64,000 bases of DNA, taken from positions 48,608,001 to 48,672,000 of the forward strand of contig NC_043005.1 of the NCBI RefSeq assembly GCF_006345805.1. Direction: 5' to 3'. The stretch comes from Octopus sinensis. Lineage: Eukaryota. The notes under the pieces were generated by a model that worked only from the letters and a program-made list of their open reading frames with translations, was not told the origin of the DNA and did not search any database. The position numbers and the translations under genes are program-made. Below are positions 40,253 to 53,638 of the stretch, in pieces (within the stretch, counting starts at the first letter, position 1; every line of letters starts with the position of its first letter).

Positions 40253-40432
40253 TATATATATATATATATATAATATATTATATATATATCATATATTATA
40301 TATATATATTATATATAATATATAATACATATATATATACATATATATATATTATACATACATATGTTGTATGCTTCCATTGATAAGTGCGATACTTGTT
40401 TCTCATATAACCACATGTCTTATTTATTACAG

Positions 40433-40487
40433 GAGAAGATAAATGGGTTTCTGTGAAGTTTATATCTTTCGCAAGAATATTGGCGAC
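40433..40487 (+). CDS. Candidate exon (EDKWVSVKFISFARILA)
   Basis: TTATTTATTACAG acceptor; weak GTACCA donor; phase 1 to 2. Confidence 0.2.
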
Positions 40488-40889
40488 GTACCATAATTGT
40501 CATTATTATGATTATCATTAGCATTGGAAGGGAAGTGCAGAGGCAGAATTGTTAACGTGAAGGAATAATTAACATAATACTTTTTTAGTTACAGTGTTTT
40601 ACGTTCTGAGTTCCCATTCCACCGAGACTGACTTTTTTTCTTTTAGTCTTATCCTTTTGGGTGCAACATAATAAACTATTACCCGTCTAAACAACATGAA
40701 GCTTTGTGTCTACGATAGAAAAGATTGTTATTATTAGGAGAAACATCGACTTCTGGGTGGTTTTCAGCTGTAGTATATATATATAAGTGTATGTGTGTAT
40801 ATCTGTGTGTCTGTGTGTTTGTATAAATATATTCACAAAGGTAAGCACAAAGATAACTAAATTTCACACACACACGCACACACAGAAAA

Positions 40890-41390
40890 ATAACTTACGT
40901 AATTTCGATATGTTTTGGCCAAAGATTAGCCCAGGCCATGCCTAACTAAACAGCACCACCAGACAGGATCTGCTAAGTCATTTTAAAGTTAGCTTTTGTG
41001 GTATCATGACCTTTTCAAGTAGAGATCTGTTGTTGACTGGGATGTATCCAGGTATAGGTGGCTTATCTGGCATCCCTTGAAGAAATTTGTCCAGGTTTCG
41101 TTTCAACGTGATGTCCACCCCTAATTCCATCAATAATCTCCTGTTCTTGCCCTCAAGGTCCCCATTGTCCATGTTTTGTTATACAGCCCTCAACTTGTAA
41201 CTGTTCAAGAAGAGCGTTAATCGAATCTGTCTCACCGTTAGATTCGATTCAGAGAGCAGCAAAGTCCGTGGAAGCTTAGCCTTTTGCTTCGGACCAAAAC
41301 AATTACAATAAAATGTATTTGTTACTTTGGTACAAAGCGGCAAATTGCATGAATCTCTCCGGGAATCTAAATTCTTACACAACTCTTAAA
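40890..41390 (-). mobile_element. CR1/L2-type LINE 3' end
   Basis: GVDITLKRNLDKFLQGMPDKPPIPGYIPVNNRSLLE, same motif class as 23014-23169; UTR GGTGGTGCT..GGCATGGCC. Confidence 0.8.
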
Positions 41391-42392
41391 AAAAATATGG
41401 GAACAATTAAATTATATACTCCTAGACATCCCTAAAAAGACAGATTAATCACGGATGGAATGCTTGAATCAGAGTTCACTCGGGGTTAGACAAAAACAAT
41501 AACATATATGGCAGTTTTTGTGAAGACTTAAATTATATACTTATGTCTTAGCGGTTAAACGACTTTAACGATGACTAAGAGAAGGGATTTCTTGCTTACT
41601 AAAACATTCATGTTGCAAGGGAGGAAAACTGTTAGCTGCATCGAAGACTGATGCTTATTTTATCGAACCTACACCTACTATTGTTGAAATTCAAGGATGA
41701 CATCGATGGTGTTTGAACGCAGAATATCGAAGGAAAAAAAATGGTAACTACTACAAGGCTATATATTCGAGTACTGTGTCGTTTCTGCAATTTCGCACGT
41801 ACACTTTTATATAAATCTAAATAACAAATCTATCAAATTTTCGTTAAAAACAAAGCAGGAAAAGAATGACTTGTAGCTAATGACTGAAGTGATTGGGTTT
41901 CCTGGAATTCAATACGAGAAAAGAAAAAGTGGGAAAAAAAGGGTAGATTACGAATAAATAAAAGTAGAGTGGCAAAGTTAAACGCAAGCCACATCAAAGA
42001 ATAGAAAAAAATACGCTGTGAGCTTGAATTAATTCTAAGAAAATGAAAGGTAACTGAAGCTTGACAAAATGGCGTCGTAGTTTGTAACAGTTGTCAACAT
42101 AAAAGCAATCTCTGAGGAAACAGCAACGCTATAGCATGGCAAAGTGTTTGTGAAGACTTAATTTTATATACTTGTATCTTATCAGCGGTTAAACGACTTT
42201 AATGATGACTAAGAATAGGGATTTCTTGTTTACTAACACATCGTTCAACTAAATTTAGAATTCGACCACTATAAAACCAGTATAAAGAGCATTATACATT
42301 CTCTTTTGTAGGAGTTATAGTTGGAATATATGAGGCAGTCTTGTGAATCTATGTATTATATTTCTTTGTATTTATCTCATTTTCTACATACA

Positions 42393-42425
<33 letters not shown>

Positions 42426-43594
42426 CTACACATAAGCATACAAACATATACAAATTCATACACATATGCATGCTTGCATACATACATACATACATACATA
42501 CATACATACATACATACATACATACATACATACATACGTATGTATGTATATAGAGATACATACATGTATAGCCATCTACAACTCCTGTGCATATATGTGT
42601 ATGTATCTAGATGCATATACCAAAAGAAGTCAGCCCTTGCCTGAAGAGTGCAGATATAAAACTCGAATCACGAGAAAAAAAGTATTCCTTCTCTTTTGTG
42701 GACAGCTAGTAACATTTTAAAAAAACAAGCTGCTTGCACATGAATTAACGAATCGAGAAGCGAACTGAACATGGAGCAGTAAGCACTAAAAAGTTTGACA
42801 AAAAATATGACCATAGATGGCTGGTAGGCAAAATTGAAAATGTAATCAGTCTTATGTACTGCGTTTGAAAGTTCAACCTGAAAAATAGTCATCCGTACCA
42901 ATATTCCCATAGTAAATTTTGAAAATCATACCATTAAGATTAAACTCACACAGGTCGAATCTCTTTAATATGCCTTTACGTGATTGGGCAACTCCCACGG
43001 TCCGGCACCTTTTAAATATGTCTCCGTAAATTTGTAAATCTGCCAGCCACCAATGTGGCCCTATTAGCAGTACTTAGTAGTCGAACATCATTTACACTAC
43101 AGCCGAATGTTTGGTGGAACAGTACACTAAATTTCATCCTAAAGGATGACTTTCAAGAGAAAAAGAGGAGAAGTTGCTGGTGTTAGTACTAAAATATATA
43201 ACCATAAAATATCTATGCTTGAAAAGGTGGATGTACCGAAAAGGACAAAACAAGTACTTTGTAAAGAATTTGTATGAGTACTGTGGGGTCGGTACGTTTA
43301 TGCTGCATGATTTCTAGAAACAAAAGAAGCAAATTTTAATGTTTCTTTTACGAAAATGAAAGCCAGAAAAGTTAAACGAATCTTAGATTTTAAATGGTGT
43401 CGGGAATGCTGACGTAGACCGCGTATCTAATGTGTAAACCCCAAACTATGGTGTAAGCATTTCTTGGGAAACGCTTATCAAGTAGATTAACAATTTTCTT
43501 AGAGAACTAAAGGAGGACTATGATTCTGAATATTGATTAAGGTGGTTACATGCTAATGAATATTCAAGGTCAGATATATAATTTCGTTTCACAG

Positions 43595-43782
43595 TGGGTG
43601 CAGCGAAAAATGTAGTACTGGCACGGAAACCGTAATAAGGTCTGCAACTGAATTTGCGCTGTTAGCGATAACGAAAATCATATCTGTGGAATGGGTGAAC
43701 AATACTAATGAATATGTTCTGTATCGGCGTCGTATATCGCCCAAAACCCTTTCCCAAGATATTGAGGTGTGTCCGTCTTGGG
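43595..43782 (+). CDS. Candidate exon (GCSEKCSTGTETVIRSATEFALLAITKIISVEWVNNTNEYVLYRRRISPKTLSQDIEVCPSW)
   Basis: TTTCGTTTCACAG acceptor, open frame of more than 60 codons, GG|GTAAGG donor (alternative GAG|GTGTGT at 43766); higher GC than the flanks. Confidence 0.45.
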
Positions 43783-44240
43783 GTAAGGATTTCGAAGAAA
43801 GAGTAACAGATCTTGGCTGCACCAATGCAGCAGGATCATACAAAAGCTGACGGTTATTGGTAAGGCTATTAACTCAAGAGCCTTTAATGTATCGTACATT
43901 AGTTTGAAGTTCGCAATTACTTACATGCATACATACTTACATACATATACATTCTTTTACTCTTTTTACATGTTTCAGCCCTAAGGCTGTGGTCATGCTG
44001 GAGCACTATATATATATATATAATATATATATGTATATATATATATATAATATATACACATGTCTGTGCGCGTGTGTGTGCGTGTGCGTGTATGCGTGTG
44101 TGTACATATATATGTATATGTATGCATGTATATGTATGTATATATATATATGTATGTATATGTATATTTGTAAGTATGAATGTGTGTGTGTGTATATATA
44201 TAAATACATATATGCGTGTGGTGTATATAAATATTATATA

Positions 44241-44279
<39 letters not shown>

Positions 44280-44337
44280 TATATATATTTATATATTTTA
44301 TATATGATGTCTCAGTGCACCACGTGAGTGAAGATCG

Positions 44338-44374
<37 letters not shown>

Positions 44375-44817
44375 TTTATATATGATGTCTCAGTGCACCA
44401 CGTGAGTGAAGATCGTCGCCTGAAGTTCCTTATATAGAAAATAAACAACCAGGTTACAAGTAAATTCTCAAAGAAATGAATAAACGTTGATACCGATGAG
44501 CTTAAAATGAGAAAAAGAACATAAAGAAAGTGCGGAAGAAATCGAAGAGGTAAAAGAAAGAATTTCTGGAGCCAACTGCATCCAAGTAATAAAATATTTA
44601 ATTGCAGAGCAATGAGAATTGATAACAGAACAATAAATGATTTATGTTTTCATTTGATTGAAAGAAAATTAAGCTGAAGTCAAAATACTAGAAGCAAGCT
44701 ATATGATAACAGCAGTTGATGAAGGTCGTTAATAGCACAGCCAAGATACATTCTAATGTGGAAAACCCTCTTCCTTGTATGTTCTTAGCCTCCGACGTAC
44801 ACGTACATGCGTACATG

Positions 44818-45046
44818 GGCGAGTTGGCAGAAACGTTAGCACGCCGGGCGAAATGCTAAGCGGTATTTCGTCTGTCTTTACGTTCTGAGTTCAAATTCCG
44901 CCGAGGTCGACTTTGCCTTTCATCCTTTCGGGGTCCATAAATTAAGTACCAGTTACGCACTGGGGTCGATGTAATCGACTTAATACCTATGTCTGTCCTT
45001 GTTTGTCCCCTCTATGTTTAGCCCCTTGTGGGTAATAAAGAAATAG
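44818..45046 (+). mobile_element. SINE family B, full length
   Basis: Near consensus; flanked by GTACATG at 44811-44817 and 45047-45053 (likely TSD). Confidence 0.95.
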
Positions 45047-45239
45047 GTACATGACTCTGGTGAACCTTCATACCCAGTTGATCTTCGAGATGTTATTTCA
45101 CCCTGATGATCTGGGTGCATTCTGATGTAATTTAAGCTAAAGCTTCCCACGAGAATTATTGGGGCGGGGCTTTATATTACATAAAACAACGAATGTCATG
45201 TAAAGAAGCAATAATGGTTGCATTGTTTCTTACTTTTAG

Positions 45240-45280
45240 GTAGTTTGATTATTCGTAGCTTTGATAATAAAACTAGATAT
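45240..45280 (+). CDS. Candidate small exon ([13 protein letters not shown])
   Basis: TTTCTTACTTTTAG acceptor; weak GTAGAA donor; phase 1 to 0 would bridge the flanking candidates. Confidence 0.18.
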
Positions 45281-45404
45281 GTAGAATAAGAATATATTGT
45301 TACGTAGAGGACTTTCTAAGAGTTTTCGAAGACAACTTCTGAGTTCCGGCATATTACATACATACATACATACTACATACATACATACATACATACGTAC
45401 ATAC

Positions 45405-45494
<90 letters not shown>

Positions 45495-46057
45495 TATATA
45501 TATCTATATACATATACATAAAATATATAGCGTAGCGGGTTTTTTTTTCGAAATTTCACTACCAGAGGCCTAGCATGTATAAAAAGTCAATAGACAACAC
45601 GTTCTCAATATAAAATAGCGTCCATATACATATTTATATACACACATATATACATACATATATATACATGTATATATATATGTATACTTACATACATACA
45701 TATGTATATATATCTATAAATATATACACATACACACATATACTCGCATACACACCTACTGACATATCCCTTGGCTTTCTTCATATTTTTCTCCAAAATT
45801 GATCTTAGAAAGCATACACCAATATGTATATGTGTGTGTATATATATGCACACATATATATGCATGTATATATATATTTACGTATATATATGTGTGTGTG
45901 TTTGTGTGTGTGTGTACGTATGATATGTATGTATATATGTATGTATGCGTATATGTCTGTTTATATATATATGAGTATAGATTTAGATATACATAAAGGT
46001 GTATATATATATATATATATACATAAATACACATACATACACACACACAAATATATA

Positions 46058-46113
<56 letters not shown>

Positions 46114-46311
46114 GTATGTACACATAAATCTATCTCTCTTTCTCTCTCTCTCTCTCTCTATCTAAGTATAAGCGTATATAAATATATATGCATATGTATG
46201 TATCTGCATAAATAAATCAATACGTGCACTTGTAAATACATATATGTGAGTGTTTGGGCGTGTGCGCACAGGCATATATGTATGTATGCGTGTATAGGTT
46301 TCTAAATACAA

Positions 46312-46370
<59 letters not shown>

Positions 46371-46699
46371 TGTGTATTGTTTATATTTGTCTACATGGCA
46401 GAAAGCTATATTTATCTGTGTGAGCAAACAAAGTCACAGTGGTCATTCAATAAGACATTAATATTATAGTCAGCACTATTGCTTTCAACAATGTCTACTA
46501 ACACATTGCCTGACTCGAATAAAGCAAACTGCACATACACATTCGCTTACATAAGTGCACATATCTCTAACATACAAGCAAGCACATACGTCCAAACGGG
46601 CACGTACACAACTGCGCATACGAACGAATATGTAAACACACAGGACGAATGAATAGGAACTGTTTTCATTCAAATTGCAGTCATGTTTCTTGTGTACAG

Positions 46700-46852
46700 G
46701 GGCGCAGGCTTGAGCGTGTTGTTAAGAAGTGCAACTTGCTGGAAAGAGCAACCAGATCTTCCTCAAATCAATCACAACAGTCTTTAAAAAGAAATTATAG
46801 TATAATCCTAGATACATTAGATAGAGCATATTTGAAAGTGAAGAAATGCAAT
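46700..46852 (+). CDS. Candidate exon ([51 protein letters not shown])
   Basis: GTTTCTTGTGTACAG acceptor, 51 open codons, GTATGT donor; the other frames are closed. Confidence 0.45.
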
Positions 46853-46899
46853 GTATGTGTGTGTGTAATACATACATACACACATATATATATACATAC

Positions 46900-46985
<86 letters not shown>

Positions 46986-46994
46986 GTATATATA

Positions 46995-47093
<99 letters not shown>

Positions 47094-47120
47094 TATATAA
47101 TATATATGTATATATATCAG

Positions 47121-47529
47121 TTGGCGCAGGCATGGCTATGTGGTAAGAAGCTTTCTTCTCAACCGAATGGTTTCAGGTTCAGTCCCACTGCGTGGCATCT
47201 TGGTGAAGTGTCTTCCACTATAGCCTCAGGCCAACCAAAACCTTCTGAGTGGATTTGGTAGACGGAAACTGAAAGAAGCCCGTCCTATGTATGTATATAT
47301 CTGTGTATGTGTCTTTGTGTCAGTGTTCGTTCCCCCACCATCGCTTCATAAACGATGTTGGTGCGCTTAAAGTCTATGTAATTTAGCGGTTCGAAAAAAG
47401 ACCGATAGAATAAATACCAGTCTAACAAAGAATAAATCTTAGGGTCGATTTCTTCGACTAAAATGGTTTTAAGGTGATGCTTCAGCATAGCCGCAGCTAA
47501 AATGACTCAATCAAGTAAAAGAATAAAAT
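47121..47529 (+). mobile_element. SINE family A copy
   Basis: GGCGCAGGCATGGCTATGTGG head through the tail. Confidence 0.9.
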
Positions 47530-49145
47530 AATATGTATTATTTTGGTCGAGAGTGTGTATATATATATAAATGTGTGTGTGTGCATACACGCACACACAT
47601 ATGTGTATGTATATACACACACATACACACACATATATGTGTATATGTATACTTACACATACTCACACACACACTCTTTATTTTCTGCCAATGGAAATTG
47701 TGTGTTCTCATTTTTCCTAATCGATAAAGTTTATTTTGTGGCATGAAATTTTGAGTTTCGATAATGGTCGAATTGAAACATCAGCACATTTTATTCCCAA
47801 AATTCAGAATAAATATGAAAGAAAAAAATGAATAAACAACACAAAACTCACAAAAAAAACAAAACAAAAGAAAAAAAATACAGATTCTTTCTTAAAGTGT
47901 TGCTGCAGTATTTCTTGGACGATTGCAGCTAAAGAGAAAGTGAAATTATATCTAATGGAATTATACACGTCAGTCATTTTATAGATAAATTCTGTCTTGG
48001 AAAAATGTCTTCTGAAAAGTTGTCTATAAAAAAAAAAATAATAAATGCAACAAGAGCAGAAATAAAAGGAAAAATAAACAAAAAACTTCTTTTTCCAGTG
48101 ATATATAATCGGTGTTCATATCTCTTTGAGAAATATGCCAATCACACCATTTTCTAGCTGTATCAGCCGAGAACAACTATTCGTTTATAATAAAAATATA
48201 ACGCAATATTTATTAACTGAAATGCCATTACCTGTAGCGTCGTAGCAGCCAGCGATTTTTGGTAAGAATAATAAAAATTTGGCAATTGACTGAAGAATTT
48301 TAGCTGAAATCGAAGTAACGTTAGGGATTATGTCAAAGTGACACCACTGCATAACAGATGGTAAATATTGTTGAGGAATAAAAAGACACGCGGAGAATTA
48401 AGGCTCTGATGCCAGTGTTTATAGGAACCTTTACTTGCAGACAAGTTCGATAAAATCTGAACGGATTTCTGATTGTTTTGTTTATAGAGAAACAGACGTA
48501 CATTATTTATTTACATGGTTGTATATTTTTACGACCATTTTATCTCTGATATAATATTTCTTCATACGGAAACTTATACGTTTAAAAAAAAAAGAGAGAA
48601 CTTTTCCTCTTTGCACATTCGAGGTTTGTCTTTCTGTATGTCTCATTAAAGAACATTTACAAGATGGAGCTTTCCATATATAGCTGCTCACTCGATAAAA
48701 TAAGATTACGTTGCTTGCTGTATCAACAGCCAAAGTTAGTGTTCCACTCAGGATGATGTAGTCAGCAGGAAGCTAAATATTTTCATCTTGTTGGGATTCC
48801 ATAGATTTTATGTTCGCTTTCTCAATCAAATCAAATAAGAATGAAAACAGTTAAAATCATAGAGAAAATCTCATGGAAATTTCTTGCATTTACGATTATG
48901 GTTGGAAAAAGATTTTTTCATGCATTCATTCTTTCGTTTCTCAGAATTGTCATTTTCTCTATATCCGGTTATACGCTAGAGGAAATGATCCCCCCCGGTG
49001 ACAGTCCACTCAGAACTGCATCTTTCCAACACCACACAAACCAATGTTATTCGGCATTCATTTTTGCTCTATATTTTACTATAAGTTTATTGCTCAAGTT
49101 AATGCTGCTATCATTGTGATTTCCATTGTTGCATTATTATTATTA

Positions 49146-49196
<51 letters not shown>

Positions 49197-49557
49197 TTTG
49201 GAATTTTTCTCGCACATGTTTTGTCGGGAAAACTTTTCAGTTCTAAGGTAAAAAAATACTTTAGATGAGAAAGATAGCTGGTTCAAACTTTAATAATTCA
49301 TAGACTCTCTTTAGAAAGAACAGAAGTATGTTATTCATAAAATATTTCAGTGTGAAGTCACTGCGCTGAATCTAAGATACGCTTAATCATTAATATTTTT
49401 TATTGTTTGGAAATCCGCTGGTGTCACTGCTTTGTACTTCTTCGTTTATAAATACTTGTGACAGGCGAAAGTCCACTTATATATCCTTTCCTAAAAAAAT
49501 ACACACCATGTACACGTAGAAAACAATTAACAAAATCTTATTTTCCTCTTCTAATTT

Positions 49558-49762
49558 GCTTTCTACAACAGGCGCAAAACCTTAAATTTGGTGGAGAGCG
49601 TTTACCGAACAAATCGACCCCAATGCTCAAAACCGATACTTATTCTATCGACCTCGAAAGAATGAAATGCAAAGTCGACCTCGGCGGAATTTGAACTCAG
49701 AACGTAAAACGAGAAGAAATGCCGGTAAGCATTTTGTCCGACGCACTAACATTCTGCCAGCT
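49558..49762 (-). mobile_element. SINE family B copy (variant 3' end)
   Basis: Collinear match to family B. Confidence 0.87.
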
Positions 49763-49776
49763 TATTGTCTTCTTTA

Positions 49777-50084
49777 AACGTCGCCCGTTTCAAGCCTAGC
49801 CAGGCTCATGGCCCCGGTTTCCCGGTTTTTGTGGCGTATGTGTTCACCCCAGCTGGACGGGACGCCAGTCCATCGCAGCGTCACTCAAGAAACAGGAAGG
49901 GATAGTGAGAGAAAGTTGTAGCGAAAGAGTACAACTGGGATCGCCACCAACCCCTGCCGGAGCCTCGTGGAGCTTTTAGGTGTTTTCGCTCAATAAACAC
50001 ACACAACGCCCGGTCTGGGTATCGAAACCTCGATCCTCCGACCGCGAGTCCGCTGCCCTAACCACTGGGCCATTGCGCCTCTAC
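49777..50084 (-). mobile_element. tRNA-derived SINE with V-domain-like centre and 14-bp TSD
   Basis: Head GAGGCGCAATGGCCCAGTGGTTAGGGCAGCGGACTCGCGG..GTTTCGATACCC; GCGATGGACTGGCGTCCCGTCCAG; TSD TATTGTCTTCTTTA at 49763-49776 and 50085-50098. Confidence 0.92.
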
Positions 50085-50109
50085 TATTGTCTTCTTTACT
50101 TCCAGTAAT

Positions 50110-50348
50110 TTTACCATTTAGCATTCACATTGCTCTGCCAAATGTAGTATTTGTTTATTTTCATTATTTTGAATTCATCTTGCATTTTGTCATAGATTCA
50201 AGATTTCGATGATGTGTTTATTTTATTTTAGTTTTAGAATGACATTCTGGAATACATGTGAAAGACTGGATCTGGCTGGTTTGAATATAAAATGGGCAGA
50301 TATTTCTTTAGGCCAGATGTTGGCCGGGTTTATATGCTAAAGGGTTAA
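50110..50348. mobile_element. piggyBac-like MITE
   Basis: Right end ATGCTAAAGGGTTAA; degenerate left end TTTACCATTTAGCATT (about the reverse complement); TTAA terminus; about 240 bp non-coding. Confidence 0.7.
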
Positions 50349-51029
50349 TGAATGGAGTCAATTAATTGTTTAAACGTTCGTAATCTGAAGTATCCCGCTA
50401 TGTGCATTTAGCTTCATAAAACTACGGCAGATGGTGAAGTGGTTCTTATAGCGTTGAGGTGCAAGTGAAATGCTACAACAAAAAATTAAAACGAAGACTG
50501 TAGTCTCGGTTCATTGAGAACACATCAACGGCTCAATCATTATATATACGCCTAGCAAAGATTACAAGAATGTTGTTAATTCTATTACTATCTAAATTGC
50601 TCTCCAATGAGATTTAAAAACAACAAAAATATCAGAAGTGGGGAAAATTAAAAATTAGAACAATAACTATAATTGCTTGTTGATGGTTAGGATAATGCCA
50701 ATCTGTTATTGAGCAGATATAACCTCAAAGATATTTCAGACATGACCATTGTCTTCTCATTTTTAGCTTTCAGTTCCACAGAGTGTGATTGCAAAGAAAT
50801 TTTATTGTTCTTTTTTTATTTTTTTTAGCAGATCTAGCAACCAGGTAGGGACTCCCTTGAGTTTTGATATGCATCGAGATACAGTTGAGGGTTTGGAAAT
50901 GTTTCTACGACAGAATACTGTTCTGACACAGTTATTCTGAGCGTTTCAAGGTTTGCAGGTGATAATAATATGAACAGTAATTCAGAAGCTCAGACAGACT
51001 AATTTTTTATCTGCTTTTTGTTCTTTTTT

Positions 51030-51287
51030 CTTTTAATTGTTTCAGTCATAAGACTGCGGCCATGCTGGAGCATCGATCTGGATCTGCAGAAATTTAGTCC
51101 AAAGAATCGACCCTAGTACTTATTATTTCTATCGGGCGCTTAGGCCGAAGGGCTAAGTTACAGAGATGTAAACGCACAAACACCGGTTGGAATATATATA
51201 TATAAGAATATATATATATATATATAAGAATATATATATATATATATATATATAAATTTGGTTGATGGAGACTGAAAGAAAGCCGTC

Positions 51288-51329
<42 letters not shown>

Positions 51330-51356
51330 GCTTCTTTCAGTTTCCGTCTATCAAAT
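51030..51356 (-). mobile_element. Rearranged SINE family A (3' half plus an internal inverted fragment)
   Basis: Tail at 51030-51190 (minus), plus-oriented piece at 51256-51290, minus piece at 51327-51356. Confidence 0.8.
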
Positions 51357-51477
51357 TATTCTATGTATGAAATAAGATCTTGCTGGTATTTCATTTCAGA
51401 TTCTTTTAGGAAAAAAAAAAAAAGAACTTGCGGAGAAAAATCAACTTATTATAATTAGCATTAACATGTAATAATAC

Positions 51478-51690
51478 TGGTTTCAAATTTTGGCTCAGGG
51501 CCAGCGGTTTCGGGCTGGAATTAAACCGATTACATCACCCATAGTATTCAACTGGTACTTATTTTATCGCCCCCACCCCACCCCCGCGAAAAAGATGAAA
51601 GGCAAAGCCGATTTCGACGAAATTTGAAGTCAGAACGTGAAGATGGAAGAAATACCGCTACGCATGCTAACGATTCTGCAGACTTGCCGA
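51478..51690 (-). mobile_element. SINE family B copy, degenerate
   Basis: Core GATGAAAGGCAAAG..AATTTGAA.TCAGAACGT. Confidence 0.8.
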
Positions 51691-52105
51691 CTTATATATA
51701 TATATATATATATATACTTTACATACTTACATACATACACACACACACATACAGGGAGAGATAGAGAATGAGAAAGAAGTAGAGAGAGGGAAAATACTGT
51801 GTAATATATCCTTACAGCATTAAATACAACCCTGGTACTAGTCCGGATAGTAATTAATATTGACCACTATCTTCCAGGTTACCTTCATCACATAACAACA
51901 GTCTCTCTAATTTCCACTAAGCTAGAATACCGTTTCGACTTTACAAATCAATTATTTTCATCGATCTTATCAAACACAGGTTCAGTTTTTATCTCGGATC
52001 AGATGATTAAATGCAGCTGTCTTGATTGATCTGAGTTTAAGAAGGAGATATTGGGTAAAGTGAGAGAGAGAGAGTGAGAGAGACAGAGAGAGATAGAGAA
52101 AACGA

Positions 52106-52147
<42 letters not shown>

Positions 52148-52351
52148 GAAGGAGAGAAAGAGAGAAGAGAGGAGAAGAGAGAGGTAAACAGAAGTGGATA
52201 TACATATGAAGATAGAGAGATAGCTGGATATAGAAAGAGATAAGGCTGAGTGTAAATATATAGAGGTGAGTCATTAGATGACCTTAGGTAAGATTTCCCC
52301 TAAGAGATAACATTTTATGACATTACCACGGTGTATATGGACCTTTTTAAG

Positions 52352-52513
52352 GCTTGATGAAGGACGTAGAATCATACGTCACGAGTGTTGACATGATATG
52401 TATGGATACAGCCGAGGAATTTATTTCAAATGAAGGTCGTTCTAGAAAAGACAAAAGACGGATCTATCTTCTGAACATTGAACATAAATTAATCGGGATC
52501 ATCTATCAAATCG
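52352..52513 (+). CDS. Candidate exon (LMKDVESYVTSVDMICMDTAEEFISNEGRSRKDKRRIYLLNIEHKLIGIIYQI)
   Basis: CCTTTTTAAG acceptor with an in-frame stop just upstream; G|GTATGG donor; phase 1 to 1. Confidence 0.35.
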
Positions 52514-52639
52514 GTATGGAACTTCCATTCCTTCTCTATCATATATATCTCTAGGGATAACTTTCACAGAGGTATGTTGGTATGCGGAAATTGATATATG
52601 AGCATATGTAGTTATGTAATACATGAGATTTATAAACGA

Positions 52640-52664
52640 TATGATAACAATAATAATAATAATG

Positions 52665-52717
<53 letters not shown>

Positions 52718-52747
52718 CATAATAATAATAATAATAATACCACAACC

Positions 52748-52779
<32 letters not shown>

Positions 52780-52880
52780 CATAACAACAATTACTACTAC
52801 TACTACTACTACTGGTACTGCTACTGCTGCTGTTATTCTTGCTGTTGTGGTTATTATTATTATCATTATTATTATTATCA
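52640..52880. repeat. Compound trinucleotide array (AAT, ACC, AAC, ACT, GCT, ATT)
   Basis: Direct inspection. Confidence 0.95.
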
Positions 52881-53542
52881 TTATTGCTATTTCTTTCACT
52901 TGCCCCAGGCGCACAGTAGATGGGGAGGTTACAAAGACAGACAACAATTTGTGTGAAAATTTACATTAACGGTGGGAAGAAAGAAATGGAAAGGACAGAG
53001 AAATGTGATAAAAATATACATATACAAAACAATACAAGACAAACTCCAACCAGGGCCAATCAAGGAACGTCACAGATCAAGGATTAACCTGACTACGAAA
53101 GGTGAGGGCCCTCTCTCTCCTGCTCTCTAATCGATAGGCGCATATTTAGAGTCGGGCCATCCCCTCTAAGCAATTTTGCCACTTGCCGCAGGGATAGCTA
53201 ATGAAAGAGGACATTACAAAAGAGTTTACATTTTGTGTGAAGGCTTACATAAAAAGAAGAGGGGAACAGAGTGAGGGAGAGAGAGAGAAAGAGGGAGAGA
53301 GGGAGTGAGAGAGAGAGAGAGGAAGGGAGGGAAAGGGAGAGAGGGAGAGAAAAGTATGCATAGTATAAAAAATTTGTGAACCCGAGGGTGATACAGTCAT
53401 TCCGATATAGAAAAATCTCCCACAAGGACTAATCAAGGAACTCTACAAATCGAAGATTGCTCCGGATTTGCCCATTAAAGGCACAAGCCCTCGCCTGACA
53501 AACGTTAGGGTATTTCCACTCATTCTGAGCATTTTTGCCATA

Positions 53543-53591
<49 letters not shown>

Positions 53592-53604
53592 TAATGATGA
53601 TGAT

Positions 53605-53638
<34 letters not shown>

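Noticed and set aside
48232-48772. Two phase-compatible minus-strand exon candidates (LPADYIILSGTLTLAVDTASNVILFYR / WCHFDIIPNV...CYDAT)
   Set aside because: Short, no recognisable family, and in conflict with the plus-strand chain; cannot be separated from chance without RNA data.
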